This document shows positions 21,409-29,065 of a DNA stretch of 64,000 nt, piece after piece; within the stretch, counting starts at the first letter, position 1, and each line of letters starts with the position of its first letter. Source of the stretch: an uncultured Acidobacteriota bacterium (GTDB lineage Bacteria > Acidobacteriota > Vicinamibacteria > Vicinamibacterales > Fen-181); the NCBI GenBank assembly GCA_963783255.1, contig CAWAMP010000011.1:96257-160256 (forward strand). Reading direction: 5' to 3'. The translations under genes were made by a program, and so were the position numbers. Under the pieces are notes generated by a model that worked only from the letters and a program-made list of their open reading frames with translations, ran no database searches and was not told the origin of the DNA.

Positions 21409-21423
21409 GCCAGCGAGTAGGGC
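21409..21423 (-). promoter_or_regulatory. sigma-54 (-24/-12) promoter upstream of precursor A1
   Basis: The minus strand reads CTGGCATgtggtTTGCgc, which is TGGCAT-N5-TTGC. It lies about 110 nt upstream of ATG 21298. Confidence 0.55.
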
Positions 21424-21457
21424 TGGCCTTTCGGCGTGTCAGTAGAGGTAGTTACGG

Positions 21458-21545
21458 CGTGTCGATGTGGCGCGGGCGTGTCGGTGTGGCGCGGGCGTGT
21501 CGGTGTGGCGCGTGTCGGTGTCGCGCGGGGCTTCAGCCCCGCGGG
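21458..21545. repeat. REP-like array: 3-4 tandem ~19-nt units ending in the canonical palindrome
   Basis: cgtgtcgatgtggcgcggg cgtgtcggtgtggcgcggg cgtgtcggtgtggcg cgtgtcggtgtcgcgcggggcttcagccccgc, with the hairpin at 21525-21542. Confidence 0.85.
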
Positions 21546-22513
21546 AGGCCCCGCCTGACGTCCGCCAGTATTGCTTCCGTCACCGCGCCGAGATCGGTGG
21601 CGTCATCGCGGACGGTCAGTTGGCGGACCGGGACGCGCGCGGCGAGGCGGGCGAAGACGTCGAGCGCGCGCGTCCGGAGCTCGGCGTCGAGGACGTAGTT
21701 CATGTAGGTGCGGGAGACGAGCGCCATCAGGGCCTCGTGCCCCTTCAGGTCATCGATCGCGGCGGGCCGGTCGAGATCGGGTCTGCGTTCGTGCAGCACA
21801 TAGATCGCGCCGAGGGGTACCGGCCCGGCCGGGAAGCGAGTCCCGTCGGCCGTCAGTTCGAGGTGGCGCTTGTCGGTGGTGTCGCCGCCGTGCGGCAGCG
21901 CGTCCTCCGTGCCGTAGAGCGCGCGCACCGCGTCGGGCGCCAGTCGCACGACGTTGTGCCCTGGAAGCACGTGGTACTCGCCATCCGACTTGAAATCCAG
22001 CGCCAGCACATCGTCCGTCAGCGCGGCGAATCCGCGCCGGACGAACGCCGCCGCAGTCGTGGACTTCCCCGCGCCGGAGTGCCCGAGGAACGCCACGGCA
22101 CGGCCGTCGATGACGACGGCGCTGGCGTGGAGGCAGGGCGTGCCGCGCAGGTGCAGCACGAAGCCGATGATGGGCCCGAACAGGCAGGTCAGGATCTCGC
22201 CAATCGGCAGGTTCGCGGGCCAGCGGGCCCAGACCCGCAAGCCCGCCCGGTCGACCAGGAACTCCGACGCGTCCCAGTAGCGCACGCGGTAGAACTCCTG
22301 GCCGCACTGCGACACGACCAGGGTCGGTTGGCCCGCCTCGTCCGTCTCCGCGTCCGTGTAGCACACGCGCTCCGGCGCCACGAGCAGCTCCGCAGGCCAC
22401 GCGGACCCGCCGAGCAGCGACACTTCGAGATCGACGCTCTCCGAACGCGGCTCACCGCACGGTTGGTCGCGATCGATGCGGACGCGCAGGCCGAGCACGT
22501 CAACGCAGGACAT
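21533..22513 (-). CDS. HPr-kinase-like (HprK C-terminal domain) protein 1
   Basis: Start at ATG 22511-22513 (MSCVDVLGLRVRI...). P-loop LHASAVVIDGRAVAFLGHSGAGKSTTAAAF. The ORF-track extension to 22756 is not protein-like. Confidence 0.75.
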   Translation of the reverse strand: MSCVDVLGLRVRIDRDQPCGEPRSESVDLEVSLLGGSAWPAELLVAPERVCYTDAETDEAGQPTLVVSQCGQEFYRVRYWDASEFLVDRAGLRVWARWPANLPIGEILTCLFGPIIGFVLHLRGTPCLHASAVVIDGRAVAFLGHSGAGKSTTAAAFVRRGFAALTDDVLALDFKSDGEYHVLPGHNVVRLAPDAVRALYGTEDALPHGGDTTDKRHLELTADGTRFPAGPVPLGAIYVLHERRPDLDRPAAIDDLKGHEALMALVSRTYMNYVLDAELRTRALDVFARLAARVPVRQLTVRDDATDLGAVTEAILADVRRGLPRG

Positions 22514-22819
22514 GATCTTGCCCACCCCCAGTCTCGAGAGCTGGCGGCAACGACCGCGCCTGGAGGGTGGCGCAGGCGACCCCTCCCCTTGTGAAGAACC
22601 GCTGCACCGCCTCACCGTCTCTTCGTCTTGCGGTTGGGGCACACGCCGGGCCTGTCGCCCCCATCCCCAACCGCGCCATTGTTGGCCGGCTGGCGGTTCT
22701 CGGGACTCTGCCGATGGCGAATGTCCACGGCTCGCTTGGCGCCACCCTCCAGACACGGCCGGGCATCGAGGGCGAGACTGGGGATCGGCAAGAAGAGATG
22801 ATTGGGGTTCGCGGCGGAT

Positions 22820-23299
22820 TCAATGCGCGGCCCACGATTCCGGGAGGTCGTCTCCCTCGAAGGGCGAGAAGCGTTCGCCGACGTCCGGGTCGTCGTTCAG
22901 GACGAGGCCGCCGAGTTCCACCCAGGCGTGCGCCTCCAGGTGGCCGGCCGCCGTGCGGACGCCGATGCGCAGCGCGCTCTCGATGCCGCGGCGCCGCAGG
23001 ATCCACCAGAGGGCGACGGACCGCGTGAGGCAGTTCGGCCGGCCGGGAATGCGGAAGGCGGCGGCGTTCACCAGCCGGCCAGCCTCGCGCGCGCGCTGTG
23101 CGTCGGGCACTCCCGTGCCTTCGCCGATGACGGGGTGGCGGGAGAAGAACCGGCAGACGCGCCGCAGTCCGAAGATGCGGATGGCAGCCGCTACCGAGGG
23201 CAGGAGCGCAACGAGATGGAGAACGAGGCGCCGGTCCGGCGCGGGCAGGTCCCGCCACTTGCGCCAGGCCGACTGCCGGCGCGCGTCGGCTTCGCTCAT
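22820..23299 (-). CDS. lasso-peptide leader protease B2 (transglutaminase-like)
   Basis: Catalytic Cys context RPNCLTRSVALWWILRRRGI and His context GHLEAHAWVELGG. 159 aa. Confidence 0.85.
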   Translation of the reverse strand: MSEADARRQSAWRKWRDLPAPDRRLVLHLVALLPSVAAAIRIFGLRRVCRFFSRHPVIGEGTGVPDAQRAREAGRLVNAAAFRIPGRPNCLTRSVALWWILRRRGIESALRIGVRTAAGHLEAHAWVELGGLVLNDDPDVGERFSPFEGDDLPESWAAH

Positions 23300-24195
23300 G
23301 GACGACCGCTGACGCCGACGTCTGCGAGGACCGCTTCCCGCACGCGGTCGATCTGCTCAAAGTCGTGCGGGTAGGACAGGCGCCGCATCAGCCCGGTGGC
23401 GGCGAGAGCGGTCAGCCGCGTGAAGTCGGCGGCGAGTTGTTCACGATCCGGCTCGCCAATCCGGTAGGTGCAGTCCATCAGGTCGCGAAATCCGTCGTTC
23501 CAGTCAGGCGCGACAATCTCGATCGACGAGCCGGGGTCCTGCGGCAGGAGGCGGTAGATTCTGGCAAGCGGAACGTCTTCGTTCGGCGGCGGCGCGCCGA
23601 ACGACATTTGCCGCTTCTCTTCATCCCGCGGGATCGATCTTCCCGACTCCGCAGGAATGCCGAGTCGCGCGAGGGCCCTCTCCCGCAGCCTCAGGTCCGG
23701 CAGGCCGGGGTGGCAGCGAACACGCCCCTCGTGGTTCACCAGCGGGAGGCAGTCGTCGGCGAGAAGCGTGTAGCCGCGTCGGCCGAAGCTGGCCGCGAGC
23801 GTGGATTTTCCGGCGCCGCTCGTGCCAATGAAGCCCACCGCCAGCGAGGACGCGACGAGCACCGCGCTCGCGTGCAGGACGACCTGCGACAGGCTCAGGC
23901 AGAGCGGAAACGTTTCGTTGAGGAAGGAGTAGCGTGTGTAGTCCGGCGTCGCCGCAGAGCCCGGGTAGCAGACGATCGCCCTGGTGGCCGGGATGATCTC
24001 GAACTCCGTCAGCTCCGAGTTCTGCACCCAGCAGACCGACTTGTCCAGCTCGTACTGCAGAACGGCCGGCCGCGTGTGGCAGACGTCGAACGTGAAGTCC
24101 GGGGATTCGGCTGCCACGGGAGCAAGACCTGGGAACTCCAGGTTCGTCGCCACCGTGCATCCGAGGATGCGGTAGCAGAAGCTTCCGTTCCGCAT
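23296..24195 (-). CDS. HPr-kinase-like protein 2
   Basis: LHASAVLVASSLAVGFIGTSGAGKSTLAASF. Same fold pattern as 21533-22513 but strongly diverged. It overlaps B2 by 4 nt. Confidence 0.75.
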   Translation of the reverse strand: MRNGSFCYRILGCTVATNLEFPGLAPVAAESPDFTFDVCHTRPAVLQYELDKSVCWVQNSELTEFEIIPATRAIVCYPGSAATPDYTRYSFLNETFPLCLSLSQVVLHASAVLVASSLAVGFIGTSGAGKSTLAASFGRRGYTLLADDCLPLVNHEGRVRCHPGLPDLRLRERALARLGIPAESGRSIPRDEEKRQMSFGAPPPNEDVPLARIYRLLPQDPGSSIEIVAPDWNDGFRDLMDCTYRIGEPDREQLAADFTRLTALAATGLMRRLSYPHDFEQIDRVREAVLADVGVSGRP

Positions 24196-24196
24196 C

Positions 24197-25339
24197 CTAT
24201 CGCGAGTACCTGGTTACCACTTCCGCCACGAATTCGGCTGCTGCTGCCCGGGTGGGAAACAGATCGGCATGGGCGCGGCCGAGTTCCTCTTCGATCTCCG
24301 CGACCGTCTTCCGGCCGTCGCACAGGTTCACGACCGTGCGCCGTGCCGCGCCCCACGGGTTGAGCGTCGGCACGTGGTCCGGCCTCGTCCTGACCATGTC
24401 CTCGCGGCACAGCAGCATGCCCTTGAACGTGGAGTGCGCGAACTGGTGGGCTGGAACCGTCGCGCCTGCGGGGAAGACCCTGACGTCCCAGGAGATCATG
24501 GTGTCGCGCGAGAAGAGCGTCATGTGCACGAAGACGCGGTCGCCGGGCCCCACGCCCACCGAATGCCGGATCGGCAGGAAGACGTTCGCGCGGTTGATCC
24601 GCCGATCCGAGAGCGGGGAGTTGGTCATCGTCACGCTCTCGGACATCTGCGCCGAGAACCACCCGCCGATCCCGTCGAGGCGGCCCGGCCTCGAGACAGT
24701 CGTCCAGGCCTCGAGTTGGATGTGCGCGCCCGTGTATTCGCGGATGTCCACCGAGCCAGCCGTCGCCGACTCGCCCAGCAGATCCTCGGCGCGCAGCTTC
24801 GCGCCGTAGCCGGTGTTCGAGGCGATGTCGAACGCCGGGCGGAAGTCGAACCCCGCGCGCGGCTGTAACCAGAAGTCGATCTGAGGCCGCATCTCGTCGG
24901 ACTCGATCGGCGCGAGGTGGAAGTCGATCCTCCCCGGGATCATCCGGCCGTCCGGCTTCATCAGGCGACGCCGGGCGTCGGCGAAGTACTCGAGGACGCC
25001 CGCGTCGAACCCGAACCGGCCGATCTGGTCGGCGACGACGACGTCCACCTTCTCGGGGAGATCCAGCCGGGTGGACAGTCCCTTGACGAAGACCACCCTG
25101 TCCTGAAGCCCGTTGGCCGCGCTGATCTCCCGCGCGAGGCCGACAAACGCCGTCTCCTCCACCGAGTAGACGCGCTTCGCGCCCGCGCGGCAGGCGAGCA
25201 TACCGAGAATGCCGGTGCCGCAGCCAAGGTCGAGGACGAGGTCGCCAGGCCTGACGACTTCGCCGATGGCGCGCTCGAACGACTCGAGGCGCGGGATGTC
25301 CGCCAGGTACTGGCGGTGCTCGTCAACAACCAGGGACAC
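24197..25339 (-). CDS. PRMT-like class I SAM methyltransferase fused to a PqqD/RRE-like C-terminal domain
   Basis: SAM motif I VLDLGCGTGILGMLACRAGAKRVYSVE and post-I/II VDVVVADQIG, with an overall PRMT-like beta-barrel half. C-terminus AARRTVVNLCDGRKTVAEIEEELGRAHADLF...AAAEFVAEVV resembles PqqD helices. GTG start. Confidence 0.65.
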   Translation of the reverse strand: MSLVVDEHRQYLADIPRLESFERAIGEVVRPGDLVLDLGCGTGILGMLACRAGAKRVYSVEETAFVGLAREISAANGLQDRVVFVKGLSTRLDLPEKVDVVVADQIGRFGFDAGVLEYFADARRRLMKPDGRMIPGRIDFHLAPIESDEMRPQIDFWLQPRAGFDFRPAFDIASNTGYGAKLRAEDLLGESATAGSVDIREYTGAHIQLEAWTTVSRPGRLDGIGGWFSAQMSESVTMTNSPLSDRRINRANVFLPIRHSVGVGPGDRVFVHMTLFSRDTMISWDVRVFPAGATVPAHQFAHSTFKGMLLCREDMVRTRPDHVPTLNPWGAARRTVVNLCDGRKTVAEIEEELGRAHADLFPTRAAAAEFVAEVVTRYSR

Positions 25340-25389
25340 TGAACGCTGTTTTCAGGGGAGGGACGAGTGGACTGTCGGAAGTTCTGAGT

Positions 25390-25539
25390 CTACAGGCAGT
25401 GCTTGCTCATGCCGGGCTGGCCGCCATCGGCCCCGCTGCCGGAGCCGCCCTGAGTCAGCTTGGTGACTGAGCCGTAGGCAACCAGCCGGGGCGCGGCGTA
25501 GGGCTTCTTCGGGGCGGATATCGTGGGGGTCGCGTTCAC
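25390..25539 (-). CDS. lasso-peptide precursor A2 (49 aa)
   Basis: Hand translation gives MNATPTISAPKKPYAAPRLVAYGSVTKLTQ / GGSGSGADGGQPGMSKHCL. GTG start with AGGAG 9 nt upstream and an in-frame TGA just before it. Same leader motif as A1, with core Gly1 and Asp8. Confidence 0.75.
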   Translation of the reverse strand: MNATPTISAPKKPYAAPRLVAYGSVTKLTQGGSGSGADGGQPGMSKHCL

Positions 25540-25651
25540 GCAGCTAATCTCCTGCTGTCATTATACCATCCGCGGCCGGACGTCCTTGTGGCGCCGGCGG
25601 TTGCCGCATGCTACCCACAATGGAGGATCTCGTCCAGTCTGGTCGAGGCCT

Positions 25652-27517
25652 TTATTGCGCAAGCAGCCATGTTTCGACCGCGTACGCTGACCACACAGCC
25701 CAAGCCCCTCCCGGGTTGCCGCCCGAACGGTAGCCCGAGAGGCCGTTCCTGCACATCTCGGCCAGGCGGCCTGCGTTCACCCATCCCCGGTCCGCGATGC
25801 GCATCCGTTCGAACAGCCTGGGCCCACCAAGAGCACGCAGCGGCTCCCAGATCAGGTGCGAGAACTCCGCCTTCGTCCGCCGTCCCAGGACCGAGTCGGG
25901 GAGCAGCCCCTTCATGGCGTGGCGCAGCAGGAACTTCCGCTCGCCGCCGCGCCTGTGGCACTCCTCCGGGACAGCGAACGCGAACTCGATGACGCGGCGG
26001 TCGAACAGCGGGTGGCGCTGGTCCACACTCTGCCGGGCAGAAGCCCGGCTGCACATCTCCCAGCTGAGCGGGAGCCAGCCGTTCTCGAGCGCGTAGAATC
26101 TGTTGCGCTGGGCGTTCGACGGGAACGTGCGACCCGCGTATATCGCGTCGCAGCGGTCGTCCAGGGTCGTGCGGGCGCGAAACTCCCTTGTCAGCCACGG
26201 CCACCGGTTCCGGCGTCGGTCTCTGGCTCCGAGAAGCCGCGAGAAGGGCCAGAAGGCCTGCGCCGCCCCTCGAAGGAGGAGCCGGAATGCCGCGTTTCGG
26301 CCGAGGTCGCCCACGTCGTGCATGAATTCCGACAAGGCGACGCCGAGACGGAACCTTCCGAGCATGTCCGGATAGGGGTTGTCCGCGCCGGAGAACCAGT
26401 CGTCTCCCCCCGAGCCCGTCAGGATCACCCGGAATCCGCGCTCGTGCTGCAGGCCCTCCCGCTGGGCCACGGCGAGGCTGACGGGATTGGCCGTCAGGTA
26501 CCGGGACTCGCGAACTTCGCGGGCGAACTCTTCGACCTCTAGTTGCGGGACCGACGCGTTGTTCCGGAGGTTCCACATCCGGACGACGTCATCGATGTAG
26601 GCGCTCTCGTCGCACTTCATCCCAGGGAAGACCGAGGAGAAGGTCTCGAACCCCCACGCCGCCGCGTGCCCTTCGCGGAAGAGGTGCTGCGCCATGCCGA
26701 CGACGGACGACGAGTCGAGGCCGCCGCTGAGCTCCGCGCCAATCGGGCCGTTGCTGCGCATGCGGCAGCGGACCGCATCGCGAAACAGCTCGAAGAAGCG
26801 CTCCGCGTATTCCTGAGGGTTCCCGAACCGGATCTGCCTGTCGAGGTCGATGTCCCAGTAGCGCTGGCAGCGAAGCCCGTCGGCGGTGACGATGAGGAAG
26901 TGGGCGGGCGGAAGGCGGCGGACGCCCTGGTATAGAGTTTCGTCGCGGCTCGTCACTTCGACCGCGAGGAACTCGGCGGCCAAGCCCTCATTCGGCGTCG
27001 TGTCGATCGACGGAGCCTCCAGGATTTGAGCGACCTCGGAACCGAAGACGAACTGCGAGGGGTCGTGGTGGTAGTAGAAGGGTCTGCAGCCCAGAACGTC
27101 ACGGGCGCAGTAGAGCTGTCTGTCCTTCGGGTCCCAGATGGCGAAGGCGAAGTCGCCCAGCAGGCGGGCGGCGCAGTCGTTCTTCCAGAGGAAGTACGCG
27201 CACAGGACCAGTTCGGCGTCGGTGTCGTCGCGGGGCTGGACGCCTTTCGCGCTGAGGTCGCGCCGCAGTTCCTCGCGGTTGTCGATGCGGCCGTCGAAGA
27301 CCAGGCGGAAGCGACCGGTCGAGTCCGACAGCGGCTGGTTCTCGGCGGCAGCTTCTGGCGTCGTATGGAACGCGCCGTAGCCCAGGGCCACATTCCCGCC
27401 CATCCATGCCGCGGTGCCATCCGGGCCCCACGGGCGCATGAGGAGCATGACCCGGTCGAAGACGTCCCGGTCGATCTCCCTGCCGTCGAAGTTCCAGATG
27501 CCTGCGATCCCGCTCAT
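25652..27517 (-). CDS. lasso-peptide cyclase C (asparagine-synthetase-like)
   Basis: N-terminal MSGIAGIWNFDG (Ntn amidotransferase-like). PP-loop GAELSGGLDSSSVVGMA. 621 aa. Confidence 0.85.
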   Translation of the reverse strand: MSGIAGIWNFDGREIDRDVFDRVMLLMRPWGPDGTAAWMGGNVALGYGAFHTTPEAAAENQPLSDSTGRFRLVFDGRIDNREELRRDLSAKGVQPRDDTDAELVLCAYFLWKNDCAARLLGDFAFAIWDPKDRQLYCARDVLGCRPFYYHHDPSQFVFGSEVAQILEAPSIDTTPNEGLAAEFLAVEVTSRDETLYQGVRRLPPAHFLIVTADGLRCQRYWDIDLDRQIRFGNPQEYAERFFELFRDAVRCRMRSNGPIGAELSGGLDSSSVVGMAQHLFREGHAAAWGFETFSSVFPGMKCDESAYIDDVVRMWNLRNNASVPQLEVEEFAREVRESRYLTANPVSLAVAQREGLQHERGFRVILTGSGGDDWFSGADNPYPDMLGRFRLGVALSEFMHDVGDLGRNAAFRLLLRGAAQAFWPFSRLLGARDRRRNRWPWLTREFRARTTLDDRCDAIYAGRTFPSNAQRNRFYALENGWLPLSWEMCSRASARQSVDQRHPLFDRRVIEFAFAVPEECHRRGGERKFLLRHAMKGLLPDSVLGRRTKAEFSHLIWEPLRALGGPRLFERMRIADRGWVNAGRLAEMCRNGLSGYRSGGNPGGAWAVWSAYAVETWLLAQ

Positions 27518-27612
27518 CTAGGAAATCAAGAGCTTTGCTTCGGGCAGATCCCTGCGGCGCCCTTCGGCCCGCTCAGGGCGTGGTGAGCTCGTCGAACCAC
27601 GCGGCATAGTCG

Positions 27613-27894
27613 TCACTGAGAGACCGTGAGCAGCCCGTGCTCCACCAGCTCGCCGATCAGCTTCTCCATGTCGGTGCGCAGTTGCGCCGGCTCGACGTCG
27701 TACTCGGCGGCCAGGCTGTCGTAGGCGGCCTGTATATTGCGGGCGTCCGTGAGGAGCGTCCACATCCTCGTCCCGACCTCGTCGAGGCCGAAGTACTTCT
27801 CGGTCTTGAGGTTGAGGACGACCGACTCGCCCTCGAGGCTACGGACCAAAACGCCGTCGGGCACGGACACGCGCGCTGTGAACGGTATGTTCAT
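27613..27894 (-). CDS. PqqD-family RiPP recognition element (lasso B1)
   Basis: 93 aa. ...VLVRSLEGESVVLNLKTEKYFGLDEVGTRMWTLLTDARNIQAAYDSLAAEYDVEPAQLRTDMEKLIGELVEHGLL, the typical PqqD pattern. Confidence 0.85.
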   Translation of the reverse strand: MNIPFTARVSVPDGVLVRSLEGESVVLNLKTEKYFGLDEVGTRMWTLLTDARNIQAAYDSLAAEYDVEPAQLRTDMEKLIGELVEHGLLTVSQ

Positions 27895-27900
27895 TGGTGT

Positions 27901-27960
27901 GTGTGGCGGTCGTCGCCGTGGCGCGGGGCCTCGCTGTGGCGCGGGGCTTCAGCCCCGCGT
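27901..27960. repeat. REP-like element
   Basis: gtgtggcggtcgtcgccgtggcgcggggcctcgctgtggc followed by the palindrome gcggggcttcagccccgc at 27941-27958. Confidence 0.85.
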
Positions 27961-29049
27961 GATGATCTTCCCCAACACCCTGAACGGCCGTATGACATGC
28001 AGCAGCGGCTTCAGGCGCGGCGGCAGTGGCAGGAAATCGTTGTCCGTCTGGTTCGCCTCAAGCGCCCGCCGCCACACATATCGGGCCTTGTCGCGGAGCG
28101 TGCCCGCCATCCGCAGCTGCATCATGGCGCCAGCCGGCCGGCCTGCGACGTCACCGTCCTCGGTGAAGAGGCTGCGTTCGATCTGCCGAGCGACGCTCAC
28201 TGCAATCGTGTCGCGCCTGGCCTCCGCGATCACATCGGGCGGCACCGGCGCCGAAAGCAGATCGCCGGCAAGAAGCAGCGCAACGTGGAACATCCGCCGG
28301 GTTCGACGGTCGGCGAGCAGCGCGTGCCAGCCAATCGGGGCCACCCGCACGAGGTTGGCGACGTCGCAGATCCACCCTAGCGACGTCCAGCAGTGCCGCG
28401 CCCCGTGCAGGGCGAGACAGGCAAACAGATCGTCAGCGCCAAACGTCGGCAGCGCGCCGCCGGCCATGTCTAGCCGGTGGACACGCGTCAGCGCCGCATC
28501 CGTGTCGACCGATGGCAGGTAGTGTGGTGAGACGGCCCAGTGGAGGTCCACGTCACAACCGGCCGGTGTCGCCAGACCGATTTCGCAATTGCCGCTCAGG
28601 TCTGCAGCACCTGGGGCACCCTTCTGGACACACCCGTTCGCAATCAGAACCGAGATCGCTCGGGTTCTGTCGCCCGGCCGAACCAGGATGTCCAGGTCGC
28701 AGAACTCTCGGAGTGCGAGGTCGCCGTAGGCCCACGCCGCGAGTGTCGGCCCCTTGTAGGCGATGGCGGGAACGTTCTCGGCCTCCAGCCAGCCCATGAC
28801 CGCTTTCAATTCGGCGGTCATCATCATGTTGCGGGCGGCATTCGCGAGGAATGCCTTGCGGAGATCTTCAGCGACCTCTGCCGGGATCGCGTCCGGGGGG
28901 TGCTGCCTCAGGCGCGAGTAGAGCAGCGGCAGCAGGCCGTGTCGGGCGGCCTGGCCCTTGACCGCTTCCCAGTCCGTCACCGCCTCGGCCGCCCGGCGCA
29001 ACGCCGCGGCATCCGCGCCGACGCGAGCCGCCTGGATCAGGATGTCCAC
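27949..29049 (-). CDS. uncharacterised nucleotidyltransferase family protein (NTP_transf_5-like)
   Basis: Start set at GTG 29047-29049, the first start codon after the upstream gene's stop. HGLLPLLY...AYKGPTLAAWAYGDLALREFCDLDILV...DVDLHW matches the family often seen next to lasso genes. Confidence 0.65.
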   Translation of the reverse strand: MDILIQAARVGADAAALRRAAEAVTDWEAVKGQAARHGLLPLLYSRLRQHPPDAIPAEVAEDLRKAFLANAARNMMMTAELKAVMGWLEAENVPAIAYKGPTLAAWAYGDLALREFCDLDILVRPGDRTRAISVLIANGCVQKGAPGAADLSGNCEIGLATPAGCDVDLHWAVSPHYLPSVDTDAALTRVHRLDMAGGALPTFGADDLFACLALHGARHCWTSLGWICDVANLVRVAPIGWHALLADRRTRRMFHVALLLAGDLLSAPVPPDVIAEARRDTIAVSVARQIERSLFTEDGDVAGRPAGAMMQLRMAGTLRDKARYVWRRALEANQTDNDFLPLPPRLKPLLHVIRPFRVLGKIITRG

Positions 29050-29065
29050 AAGCGGACGACCAGTC

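Noticed and set aside
22612-22728. Possible third core-like ORF in the 306-nt gap between B2 and kinase 1 (MDIRHRQSPENRQPANNGAVGDGGDRPGVCPNRKTKRR)
   Set aside because: GAVGDGGD would again give Gly1/Asp8 with a basic tail. However, the conserved leader motif and the Thr at -2 are absent, and the GGAGGG is 16 nt from the GTG. Gly and Asp are common by chance in this composition. It is worth a RODEO check but is not supported.
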